Of a stretch of DNA of 64,000 nucleotides, positions 1 through 64,000 are shown piece by piece. Each line of letters opens with the position of its first letter. Position 1 is the first letter of the stretch. The notes under the pieces were generated by a model. That model was not told the DNA's origin. It worked only from the letters and a program-made list of their open reading frames with translations, and made no database searches. The stretch is from Octopus sinensis. Its lineage: Eukaryota. The DNA is taken from assembly GCF_006345805.1 (NCBI RefSeq), contig NC_043001.1:87358001-87422000 (forward strand). The letters run 5' to 3'. The translations under genes and the position numbers were made by a program.

Positions 1-2289
1 ACATCCTCTTCTCCATTCTTGCATGAATCAGCTGGAATTTGTTTGATTGTTTTCAATTATGATCATGTGATCATGGTTCTGATTTTCAGACAAGGCAATG
101 GGTTGTGTTTTTAAGAATGGAGTAAAAGGTTTGTGAGCACCCATTTTGATTTGTTTATTAGTAGATCAATATCGTCACTCTATAATAGTGGGAGTAAGTA
201 CAACCATAATAAAGCTGGCATTGAATACATACCCAAACTTTAACAGACAGAGATAGTTAAAAAAAAAAATAGACTATCACAGACACTGCTATAAATGTAA
301 TCAGTTACACTCTGAAGAGCATTAAAAAAAAATAGTGATGTAAATGAAAATTTAAGCAATTACAAAAGCATCACCCACAACTTCTCTTTTGATAGTATCA
401 TGAACCAAAAAGAGATATTGGACATGGGCTAACTTGAAGCAATAGGAAAAGTGTGAAAGAGGTATGTCATGAAAAGAGGGTCTTCTTGCCCAAGGAATTT
501 ATCCAAGAAAGAACAAGGAAAAGATAATGAACATGAAAGCGACTTGTAGTAATGTAGCTGAAAGGAATTTGGAAGGGCCCCTAGATATTGATGAATCTTG
601 AAAACTAGAGTGCTATCCCAGAGTTGTATTTTATCAATAGAGTAGAAAAATCAGTAAGACTTTCATGTGATAAAATACTTTTCACATGAAAAGATTCAAG
701 TATCTATAAATCTTTTTCTTTTATTTAATTTTTATCATGTAAAGACTTTAAAAAATGAAACTTCAGCTCAAATGTCTCAGCCATGGTATCAAACACAACA
801 AATACCTTGTGGTAATTGTTTTGGTTCTTTACATTTTGAGTTGAAATTTTAACAAAGTCAGCTTTGTCTTTTGTCTTTTTGTGGTGCTGTTAAAATGAAA
901 GAATTCTGTCAAATACTAAAATCAATATAATTAACTACACCTTCTTCTCTTTTATATAAAGCTGGTGTTAAAGCCTTGTGCCTATGTAAAGTATAATTAT
1001 TAGCATTATAATTTACCTGCCTCTTAAACTTACTGTACATATTTACAATATTTATATACAAACTAGGCTTTGACCACTTCGATCCTCTATCACCATCAGG
1101 TATCTTGCTCTTTGACGAGAAAATTATCCCATTCTGGAGACAATTTAGGAATCTATATTTTGTAATAAGTGTCCTTATTAACTAACCCAGTCAACTGCTA
1201 ACATTAACTTAAAAAAAGCAAAAGTTCTTAGTTTGATTTTAATTTGAGACCATGTATATATAAGACACTGATGACAACTGGGAAATCAAACTGATCAAAC
1301 CCAAATATAAATGTAAATATTGTAAATATGCAGTGAAAAGAAGGATTATCCTAAAGCATTTTTTCAATGGAAGTAGGTCTTTCTTGGTGTTAACCACATG
1401 CATAAAATTGCTAAAACTGCACCCTAGAGACTAGGCCTCTCTTCTTCAGGACCCAAAAATATTTAAGCACCAATGAGTTGCTACCCCTCTCACAGAGCTT
1501 AAGACTCGCATCGGAATACTGTTCACATTTACAGATCAAAACTACTGACTCTCTCTCTCTCTCTCTCTTTCTCTTTCTTGCTTGCAAAGGCCATGATATA
1601 TCCCTTCCTACTGACTAAACCATATTTTGGGAAGAGCATGATAACTACTATACATTGAACAGACAGCCAAATAACACCAATTATATTGTATACACCAGAA
1701 ACCAGCAGCAATTTGTTATAGCATTTCTCTGCTTCAGTTTGAACTCAAGCTAGTTGTTTTCCAATTAGGAAAGTTTTTGTAAATGGAAACAGGGTCTTTG
1801 AACTTGAGCAATGGACAAACTAACCACTGACACTCAACAATTACACCAACTTCATAGACTGACATCAGCAAAAATATTGATGAATCAAAAAGTTGCTGGT
1901 CACAATTAGTCACACTTTGATTTAGGGTAGCTTACAAAATATAAACAGTCGCAGACAGGCAATGTCAAGTGACAGACTGGAGCAAATGACTGTCTCACAC
2001 TCAATGAGTGAGAACTGGGTGCAACCATACATTGCAACAGATGTCCATTCTTTTACTTGTTTCAGTCATTTGATTGTGGCTATGCTGGAGTACTGCCTTG
2101 TAGGATTTTAGTTGACAAATCGACATCAGAGCATATTTTTTTAAAGCTAAGCCTAGTACTTATTCTATCAGTCTCTGTTGCCAAACCACTAAGTTACAGG
2201 ATGTAAACACACCAACACCAGTTATCAAGCAGTGATGGGACAAACAGACACAAAGACACAAATGTATACAAATATATACATATATGTGT

Positions 2290-2610
2290 GTGTGAAGGTG
2301 CGGTTAGAGCTTTGAGCTTACAATTGTGAGGTTGTGAGTTTGATTCCCGGACTGGGCTGCATGTTGTGTTCTTGAGCAAGACACTTTATTTCACGTTGCT
2401 CCAGTTCACTCAGCTGTAAAAATGAGTTGCGACGTCACAGGTGCCAAGCTGTATCGGCCTTTGCCTTTCCCTTGGATAACATTGGTGGTGTGGAGAGGGG
2501 AGACCGGTATACATGGGTGACTGCTGGTCTTCCTTAAACAAACTTACCCGGACTTGTGCCTGGGAGGGTAACTTTCTAGGTGCAATCCCATAGTCAGTCA
2601 TGACCATATA
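2290..2610 (+). mobile_element. Second tRNA-derived SINE family nested in a SINE
   Basis: B-box-like gagtttgattcc followed by tgtgttcttgagcaagacacttta; flanks rejoin the interrupted SINE. Confidence 0.6.
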
Positions 2611-3715
2611 TACATACAACAGGCTTCTTTCAGTTTCCATCTACCAAATTCACTCACAAGGCTTTGGTTGGCCCAAGGCTATAGTAGAAGATACTTGCCC
2701 AAGGTGCCACACAGTTGGACTGAAGCCAGGACTATGTGATTGGGAAGCAAGCTTCTTACCACACAGCCACATCTGCACCGATATTGTTATTAGCTATCAA
2801 ACAATGTAAATAAGTGAATCTGCTTATTTACTTAAGCCCTTCATTTCCTGTGGAGCATAGGCCGTTGACAACTTTTCTCCACTCTTCTCAACTCTTGGCT
2901 GTCTTTTTTTTTTTCGCTTTTCTCCATTTGGATTCCTGCTTTTCCAGCTCTGCCTCACTACCCTACCTCCATCTGTTTTTTAGAGTGTCCTCTCTTCCGC
3001 ATCTCATGTGAGTTCAAGGGTCAAGGCCTGGCATATAATTCAGGATGTTGATTACCTTTAAGTGTGGCCTAACCATCACCACTTGCACTTCAGGATCTTT
3101 TCTTCCACAGGCACCTTTCCCACCACCTATCACAGCTTTTCATTTCCTATTTTATTTGGCCTTCGAACTTGAAGAATACGCTTCAAATAGTTACTAATGA
3201 AAATCTACACCTCCTGCAGCATCTTTTTGATTCTTATCCCTGTCTCTGATCCATAAAGGAGGGTGGATTTCACATCAGAGCTGAAGATATGCAACTTATT
3301 TTCTATGCTAATTTCTCTGGAAGCTCAGATGTTCTCGAGAATTGTGAAGATGGTCTTGAGAATGACCTTGTCCACTCAAGTATGACATCTCTCTGTCTTA
3401 CCCTATGTATCAATTATGCTATTAAGGTAAGTAAAGGCATGGGCTTGCTATCTATTCTTCTGGCTGAGTTGTAATTAGAGGTGTTAATCATCATCAGATT
3501 GGTCTCCCTGTTGATCCTCAGTTCTGTGTCAAAGGATATAACTACCAGCCTATTTGTCTTATCTTGTATCTGGTTATGATTGGGTGACACAGGAGCAGAG
3601 TTAAAAGTTGTTGATTGCAAGTCACTCAAGCTTTGATTTGGCTAGTTAGCTTATAAAATGAACTGTCACAAACAGGACAGTGGTGAGTGACACACAGGAG
3701 TAAAAGACTGCTATA

Positions 3716-4341
3716 TCTATATATATAAAACTGTAGTTGTGTGAGTGTCTGTCCCCTTCGATTTAGATTCCTAGCTACTCCCACATTTTGCGGTGCAGTT
3801 TAACCAAATTCGGGTATCTTATAGTCGTGATTCATATCGAGCCCGTCTGGGTATTAGCGCGCGTCTACGATGAGTCTACGATTTTAAAAATAATTTAACA
3901 TCATTTTTTATTCCATTTTAATGCATATTTTTTCGTGTGTCGATGGCGGCAGAGTTGGCGTCCACGCTCACACCTGCACCTGTGGGGAAGGGAGTGTAAG
4001 GAAATCAACGTCGTAATGCGTTGTCAAGGAGACCAGCGTTCTTTTAGAACAATGACTTCATGGCTTGAAGACACCAAAACAGAAATGGCTAAGAAAGCGT
4101 CTACATGAGTCTACGATTTTAAAAAAAATTTACCATCATTTTTTCCATTTTAATGCATTTTTTCGCTATTATATAAGGGAAGTAACTCTCTAAAAATGTC
4201 TACGATGAGTCAACGATTTAAAAAAATAATTACCATCATTTTTTATTCCATTTTTAATGCATTTTTTTGCTATAACTCTCTAAAAATGCTTATATAGTTA
4301 TTTCCCTTACAAACCCGAGCAACGCTGGGTGATACTGCTAG
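3716..4341 (+). mobile_element. Non-autonomous Helitron
   Basis: A|TC 5' end, CTAG|T 3' end, subterminal hairpin acccgagcaacgctgggt at about 4313-4330; three internal gtctac...gatt(t)taaaaa repeats. Confidence 0.8.
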
Positions 4342-4879
4342 TATTCAATAAAAGATAATCAAATGTAGTCATACACCATATCTAATGTTGTTAACTATCA
4401 GACAGTGTAAACAGTTAAAATTGCTACTAATTCTTTTGAACTCTCTCTCTCATCTGCACACAGCCACACTAGCTGTCCAACTAATTCACTAATACGAGTG
4501 CAATATTCTCTATTACTTTGTTATTTTTCTTGAACACTTATTTTCTCTTGATTACAGAGTCAAGCTACATCATTAATCTCTTCTTTTTTTTTCCCCTTGG
4601 AAGCACCATGTTCCATTTAAAACTTTTAACAATAAAACAGATGATGATGATGATGATGATGATGATAATGAATTCAATGTGACAGACTATACATTTTTTA
4701 AATTTTTTGAACTCTTTCATTATTTTCATATTCATTTTATTGTTAAAGCGTATTTCTGAAAGTAAATTTTTTCACAAACAATTAATTGTTTGTGTAAAAA
4801 TTATAATTGATCAAATACTAAATGTATATATGTACACAAACACATACATATATATGTATACAGATATGTATGTTCACAT

Positions 4880-4896
4880 AGACTTTTATGTGTGTG

Positions 4897-4929
<33 letters not shown>

Positions 4930-4964
4930 ATTTATATATGTATGTATGTATATTTATATGTATG

Positions 4965-5014
<50 letters not shown>

Positions 5015-5090
5015 GTATGTATATTTATATATATATATAATATATATATATATATATGTATGTGTATATATATGTATATATGTGTGTGTG

Positions 5091-5170
<80 letters not shown>
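4880..5170. repeat. Compound (TA)n/(TATG)n microsatellite
   Basis: Direct reading; similar tracts at 5640-5765, 25870-25920 and 56770-56880. Confidence 0.95.
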
Positions 5171-5464
5171 GTATGTGTGTTCATGTATAATTGTTTAAGA
5201 AATGAAAACATTAATTTGAACAGAGAACATGTGGTTGTTTTCTATTCTTTCTTCATGGCACCTCTTTGTCCACAAAATGTCCTGAAATAATTATATAAAC
5301 ACATATTTCAAAAACTGTGTAAAAAATTATCAACTGTTTGTACGTTTTTTTTTTTATTTCTTTATATTTTTGGGTTTATTAAAAAAACAAAAAAAAAGCA
5401 ATAATTACTCTTGTTTTTGATCTTAATATTGATCTGTTTTTGTTTTTTTTTTTTGTTCCTTTAG

Positions 5465-50055
<44,591 letters not shown>

Positions 50056-51076
50056 ATCAACACAGATGGATCTATATCCTGTCAATATGGAAACCTTTTC
50101 TATTTTTTATTATTTTCAGTATTTTTACATATTATACCCACCCCCTACCTTTCTTTTACCCTTTTAAAATTCACAATTTTATATAGTACCCCAGAACACT
50201 AACATCAGAAATGCCTTCTTTTATATATAACCAGCATTGTGTGCTTCTTGTTACTGCTAACCACTTTACTCTAACATCAGATGTATTTCCAGCTAGATTT
50301 ACTGGGACCAGCAACAAGCTGAACTTAGAGATTCAGCATAATGCCTCAAGAAATGTCAGAGCAACTGTATTTATATTTGCATGTCCTCTTTTAATACCAA
50401 CTGCTCAGCCACGCAGTGAGAATAAATGTAAGCTAAATTTTCAGATAGAGACCCCCAGGCAGAACATTCACACACACACACATATATGTACTGCTCCATT
50501 AATAGTAGAATCATTATTTTAAAAAATAGTCCATCATGAAGCCGTTTACTCAACATAAGGAAATTGAACACCTATTTTGCATATCTCTATCAACTTCTGA
50601 AGAGATTCAGCTTTCACATAATTTTTTATTTAATTGATTAATTTTCTGATGGTCTGAACTGAAACAGCTGTTAGTGATGTTTGTCAATTTTTTAATTAAT
50701 AAATAATAATTTATTAATTACCTCTCTGTTCTCTCATCCATGGCTTCTATAGTTACCATGCAGTTGAGTATTAAATATCATGTTCAATACTTTGTATAGA
50801 TAATTTCATAGGATTTTGCTGTCTCTGAATGAGGTTTGTAACCTTTAATTTGTGCTTGTATATATATATATATATATATATATATTTCTTTGATCAGTTA
50901 TTATTAAATAACTGCTGGTGCCATTGTGTAATATTCATTATATAATATGCATGACTGAATTTTTATTAGCATCTATGTTCTTAGACATGCTGTTTGATAG
51001 GTCACCTGCAAGTTGTTGAAGCAATTGTAAACTGTGGAAATATAATGCCATAAACTCCACTCTTCATGTATATACA

Positions 51077-51130
<54 letters not shown>

Positions 51131-53533
51131 CAAAATGGGACAAGAACGCAAAACATCCGGACAACTAGGTGATACAAAAAGGGTACAACAAAACATCCAG
51201 ATAGACGATACAAAAGAAACAAGGACAGGTCATTCGAAGCTTTCTATCCTCAGTCAAGAACCGGATCATCCTTGCAATTTCGGCTGATTAGCATGAACAC
51301 AACAGCTTCCCTTTATTTTAAAATCACATAACCTTTTTTGCCTAGTCAGAAAAAAGAAAACTAACATTTACATTACCTATACTGTTATTGAGTTGAGTTT
51401 TGATTTCCATTTGAAAAATCCAAAAAACTTGATGTTGCACAGACACTCTTGAGGAAGGCATGAATTTCACAGACTCTCTTTTCCTGTACTCTACAGACCA
51501 AGCTTTTTTTCTAATTTGCTTTCTAACTAAAACATTATTTCCCACTCTTTAACAACTTTCTCTCATCTCCATCAGTATTATTTGAATTATTATGCTAATT
51601 GCAAATTCTTACAAACGTTTAAAAATAAAAGTTTCTCCAGCTACTTGTTATTGTTATCAATTTCTTTCAATTTGTGTTTTTCTCCCTTTACTATTATCAA
51701 TTAGATGTTGGATGATGAACAAAAAGGGCCACTGGCTTACATCCTATCTCTAACAGTTGACTATGGTTATGTTTCAAATACTGTACTTTTAGATTACCCA
51801 CTTCACCCAGCTGCAAACAGGTACTACTTGGAAGTCCAGCCAACTGCTGTCATCAGCAAGAATGTGAGATAACTATCTCCTAAACCTCGACCGAACACTT
51901 CTTATGGGTTGGTTCTTTATAGTGGACATTATCATCATTGTTTTAACATCCACTTTTCCATGTTTGCATGGATCAGGTGGGATTTGTTGAGGCAGATTTT
52001 TCTATGGCTGGATACCCATCTTGCTACCAGTCCTCATCTGCTCTCAAGTAAGGTAATATCCAACAATAGATATCCACAATCAAACATGCTTTCCTGAAAG
52101 ATTTGGAATGAAGGACACCATTTGCATGAGTGATATTCATTTCCAGCCATCATGCAATGTCAAGGCAAGAAGACAGTAACACACACATACACAATATGTA
52201 TATATGACAAGCATCCATCAGTTCCTGTCTACCAAATCCACTCACAAAGCTTTGTTTAATGTACAATCAGTAAAAAATAATCTACCCTAGATAAAATATT
52301 ATCTATCACAAAAACACTGACAAACTGATCTGCTACTTATTTATAGCTTAGTGAACTAGGGTGATCTATAGTACAGTATTTTTCCCACAAATATGACAAG
52401 ATGTCACCAGTGGATTTGAACTGTCGGCCTAGGGTAATCCAATGAGAGCATTTCATATGGTTGAATAGAAAACAAAAAGTGACAAAGCTGAATTCAAATT
52501 ATCTAAAAATCAAAATACCTAATGCTTGAAAGCTCTTTAGAAAAGTTATGTGATGGCCCCAGGTGTAATAATAAGAAATTAATGTATTACCTCATCAACA
52601 TTGAGATGAATAGAAAATTGTACAAATGAGAAGAGTAATCATGTTTATTGCTAAAAGTTTGTGTTGAATGTAATGGTCCAATGAAAAACTACAGAGTAAC
52701 ATCAGATATGTTTGTGCAATGGTTTGTTTGACAAGCTCTGTAGCTCTGTGTAGAGGGAAATATATATATATATATATATTTAGAGATAGAGAGAGAGAGA
52801 GAGAGGGTCATGAATGAATGAAAGTGTCAGCTATAATTGTATAGCTATTATGCTAATAGATGCTAAATCGTTTGTGTTGCTGACATTTTATGTTGACAAG
52901 TTTAGTTGTTGAACAATAACTGATGTTGAACCTTGCCTAACATAACGCCTGATTGCACCTATCTTCTGTCTCCTCTGTCTCTTTGGATTTGGCATCTATA
53001 CATTCCAGAACAAATTTGACTGGACAGATCTGAGGTGATGCCATCACTTGGAAGTTTGAGAGTTGTTTACATTTAATTTTATTGGCTAGATTTTTAGGGC
53101 TCATAAAACATTGGGGACAAAAATAATTAATAATGGGGTACAAGTTCCTGGTAGGACCTCCCATGCTGCACAGGTCAAAGGATAAAGGCCAGATGGCTAA
53201 TGTGGCCTACCTCTTTATAGAAGTAGAAATAGACTTGCATAGGGCTGACACCCCTACCTAGAAAAAAGCCAAATTCACAGAAACATCAATGACAAATCAA
53301 TATCAACAAAACATGGGAGAGGAAGATCTTCCCCCAGGGAAAAAAAAGACAGCCCAGGGTTGAGAACATTGGAAGAAAGACATCAATGGCCTATACTCCA
53401 TAGGGAGCAAAGGGCTTAAGTAAGTATGGTTCACTAAACCATCTATATTAGTGGAAATAAATTATTTACTCCAAGATATGTTATATCAGAATAAAAAGCC
53501 GTGTTGGTCATGTCTGGAACACCTTTCATCATA

Positions 53534-53750
53534 TAAGTGGGTGCTGAAAAGTTCCTGGCTTTGGGTAAAAGAAAATACAGGAGGATCAGTTAATTATGAT
53601 TTGATTGAACATATTCCCCTCTCAGATTCACACACTTATTGCAGCAGTCCTTCAATTTTGCTAAGCTCTGTAAAAGAACTCAGAAGGTTGGGCCTCCAAC
53701 CAGGCCTTTTGTGATACTCTTACAGTGAGGAACTATTCAGTACCCCCTCT
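53534..53750. mobile_element. Second copy of the mariner-type MITE, between the two convergent genes
   Basis: Colinear similarity to 38138-38353 (gtgctgaaaagttcctggct...ggatcagttaattatgat...). Confidence 0.78.
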
Positions 53751-53893
53751 TATGTCTGCTGATTCAGTGCAGACTTGGATATTAATGAACTGTATTTAAT
53801 AAACCATGATGACAGACACTGTTAATGTTTAGTAGAATTGGTGACAGTTAATTCTATTCAGTGTTTGTTGGATTATAAGCTACCGATATGCTC

Positions 53894-60838
<6,945 letters not shown>

Positions 60839-61114
60839 CTGTAAATGACAAAACATTAAGCAACTGATTTGGCCAAGATGAGAATCCATAAACAAACATA
60901 CAACAGAAAGGAAACTTCTATGTGTTCATTTGAACTGCTAAAAATGGCAACCAAAGTTCTCTTAAATTACATTTGTCATAGTCAGTATTATTACAACCAG
61001 CAGCAAACTGGGAGAATCATTAGCACATCAGACAAAATACTTGGAGGCAATTTACCAGCTCTTTACATGCTGAGATCAAATACCACCAAGATCAACTTTG
61101 CCTTTCATCTTTAA

Positions 61115-61317
61115 CCCTTTCGTTACTTATTTATTTTGAGATGCTCTGTGTTTCTTTCAATTACTTTAAATATATCAAAGAATTTAGTAAAATAACTTAG
61201 TTATCATTTAGCTACTGTTAGGAACATAAATTGTGACTAAGGTTTGGTGGAAGATTTTAATTCAAAACTTATGAAAACAAGACATTTGTACTCAGAGCCA
61301 GATTGGTAATGAAAAGG
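61115..61317. mobile_element. piggyBac-type MITE inserted in a SINE
   Basis: TTAA on both sides; TIR CCCTTTCGTTAC vs CCTTTTCATTAC; flanks rejoin as gcctttcatc...ggggtcaataaa. Confidence 0.75.
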
Positions 61318-63249
61318 TTAAAGGGGGTCAATAAAATAAAGTACCAATCAAGTATTGGGGTTGATGTAATCAATTTGCCCCTCCCACAAAATTGCTGGCC
61401 TTGTACCAAAATTTGAAAACAATATATAAGTTACTCTCCACTCACACTTTTATGAAACTAACCCCTACCCTCTGATTCACTGTATCCTCTCTTATATTCA
61501 TCTTCTTGTATCTTGAGATGCTCTGGCATCTTTATCTTCTTTCCAGCTACTCTCTTTCTTTTCTACTTTAGGCAAAAAGCCTGAAATTTTTGGAGAGGCA
61601 AGAGCCAGTTGATTAGATCAACCCCAGTACACAACTGGTACTTAATTTATTGACTCCTGAAAGGATGAAAGGCAAAGTCAACCTCGGCAGAATTTGAACT
61701 CAGAACATAAAGACAGACGAAATACTACTAAGCATTTCGCCTGGCATACTAATGTTTCAGCCAACCTTTCCGGCTACTCCCATTTGATGGGCTAAAGTAT
61801 GACAGACAGACAGACAAGTCCTCTATCATACTTTAGCCTCTCAACATCTGGCATACAACTACCTCCCTCACCACACACAAATACTTAATCAAAGTGGCTT
61901 TTCCTTTTTTTCCAATTCTTTCCTTGTCTTGGACCCGGTGACCTCACTAGTGCTGGTAACATGGAAAAAGCACCTAGTACACATTATAATGTGGTTGCTG
62001 TTAGGAAGGCCATCCAGCCATAGAAACCATGCCAAGACTGACAATGGAGCTCAACACAGCTCGGCAACTTGCTGGATCCTCTCAAACTATCCAACTCATG
62101 CCAGCATAGAAAGCATACATTAAATGATGATGATGACAATGATTATGATGAATGTATGTGTGTGTGTTCAAGATTGTACTCTTTTACTCTTTTACTTGTT
62201 TCAGTCATTTGACTGCGGCCATGCTGGAGCACCACCTTTAATCGAGCAAATCGACCCCAGGACTTATTCTTTGTAAGCCTAGTACTTATTCTATCGGGCT
62301 CTTTTGCCGAACCGCTAAGTTACGGGAATGTAAACATACCAGCATCGGTTGTCAAGTGATGTTGAGGGTGACAAACAGACACACAAACACATATATACAT
62401 ATATAAGACAGGCTTCTTTTAGTTTCCGTCTACCAAATCCACTCACAAGGCTTTGGTCGGCCCGTGGCTATAGTAGAAGACACTTGGGAATGAAGAGGGT
62501 GGGAATGAACCCGGAACCATGTGGTTGGTAAGCAAGCTACTTACCACACAGCCACTCCTACACCTACAAAATTGTAGGTCACAATTTTGCAACTAAGTAG
62601 CTAAAATTTCAGCTAGGCAGGCAGATACATAGACAGACAGACAGACAAACAGTTAGACAAATAGAGACAGACATAAACAGATAAACTGATAGACAGACAG
62701 ACAGATCGATAGATAGATATGTAGGAAGGAGGGAGGGGTAGATGAATGAATAAATTCAATCCTGGATTATTACATGTCTTGTCCAACATGTAATAAAGAA
62801 ATGGTAATACATATTTATTAAAAATATTATGCAAAGAGCACTAACCTTTGGGGGGTGGGGCGGTGGATTTCTGGAACAAGAGAATAAGTTAATATAGCAA
62901 GCCAGTAAATATAGTTAATTTTCTCTGAGCAATGTGATACTACATGCTACATATTAATTAAAATAACTGACTACTTTCTTAATTACTTGCTATAATTATT
63001 TCCCTTTCATAATTGTATTGATTAAGTGTCTTTTTAATTACAGTTATATTAATTGGTAGTATTCGTGGCAAATGGTAATTTCATGATTCATGTACGCTTT
63101 CACCTTAGAATCTGCCATTCATATGGTAAAATATATCTAAATAAAAATGCATATATAACTCAATGTATTTATTTATATTTAAGTATATAGAAACACTCAC
63201 ATATACTGTATGTATAGTAACAGCTGTGAATTTTGTAACTATAGACATA

Positions 63250-63286
<37 letters not shown>

Positions 63287-63319
63287 CTATCTATCTATCT
63301 ATCTATCTCTCTCTTGACA

Positions 63320-63580
63320 CATGCATGCGAACAGCCATGCTACATGGCAGAGAAACATGGGCCGTGACTGCTGAGGACATGCATAAGCCTGCAAGGAATG
63401 AAGCTAGTATGCTATGCTGGATGTGTAATGTCAGTGTGCATACATGACAGGGTGTAAGCACCCTGAGAGAAAAGTTGGACATGAGCAGCATCAGATGTGG
63501 TGTGCAAGAGATGACTGCACTGGTATGGTCATGTGTTGCGTATGGATGAGGACAGCTGTGTGAGAAAGTGTCACAGCCTA
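63320..63580 (+). mobile_element. RTE-clade LINE fragment
   Basis: LHGRETWAVT..., W.GHVLRMDEDSCVRKC, same family as 34339-34964. Confidence 0.75.
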
Positions 63581-63660
63581 TATATATATGTGTGCGTGTG
63601 TGTATTCTTTTATTCTTCTATACATTTTAATGTGGCTGTGGTCATGCTGGAGTATGCACA

Positions 63661-63700
<40 letters not shown>

Positions 63701-64000
63701 CATTTAAAAAAGACGTGTTGCTATAACTGGAAATTTTCCAATAATTTTCAATTAATCATAAATCTAATAAAATTATAAACACATAAAATAGGTTATTACA
63801 GATTTCCAACAATATATCTTTTAATACAATATCTGCATGCAAGCATATTCTATCAACAATCATCATCATCATCGTTTAACGTCCGCTTTCCATGCTAGCA
63901 TGGGTTGGACGATTTTGACTGAGGGCTGGTGAACCAGATGGCCACACCAGGCTCCAATCTTGATCTATCAGAGTTTCTACAGCTGGATGCCCTTCCTAAC

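Noticed and set aside
1066-1105. Minus-strand CTGATGG...CGAAG...GTC hammerhead-like string
   Set aside because: Two core mismatches and no stem I
3380-3432. Strong gtaagt donor at about 3427 as an alternative start exon
   Set aside because: Upstream ATGs either hit a stop or are out of phase with exon A; could only be a non-coding exon, and there is no supporting evidence
50590-50685. CTGAAGA and CTGATGG...GAAACAGCTGTT strings downstream of the gelsolin stop
   Set aside because: Too degenerate; stems I and II cannot be built
51121-51290. Penelope-terminus-like fragment with CTGAGGA...CGAAT on minus
   Set aside because: GAAA core incomplete and no stem I or II could be formed

Overview
AT-rich, repeat-dense eukaryotic genomic DNA. 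The SINE, RTE, mariner and microsatellite landscape is what I recall from coleoid cephalopods, most likely Octopus (inference, no database search). Two spliced genes converge. (1) On +, a three-domain gelsolin-like (severin/fragmin-type) gene: 12 coding exons (5465-50055) with canonical AG/GT junctions splice in frame to about 363 aa plus a short N-terminus whose start exon is not certain. (2) On -, the last three coding exons of ZMYND10 (53894-60838), including the MYND zinc finger. The introns hold a nearly intact 5.85-kb L1/Tx1-clade LINE (two 1-bp deletions in ORF2) inserted in an (AAT)n tract. They also hold a Tc1 element, mariner relics and MITEs, a non-autonomous Helitron, a deleted Gypsy relic, an LTR-like segment, RTE/CR1/REL-LINE fragments and many SINEs. 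The most notable observation is three sequence-unrelated, ORF-free head-to-head palindromes (19.3 kb; 27.5/33.8 kb; 54.5-55.1 kb). Each carries a type I hammerhead-ribozyme fold in both arms, reading outward and ending about 40-55 nt from the outer terminus. One of them also has a tRNA-like head. In two of the three, the copy on the host pre-mRNA strand has lost catalytic-core residues while the antisense copy is intact. A fourth, single variant hammerhead-like motif lies at 58.8 kb. All folds were derived by eye and are untested.
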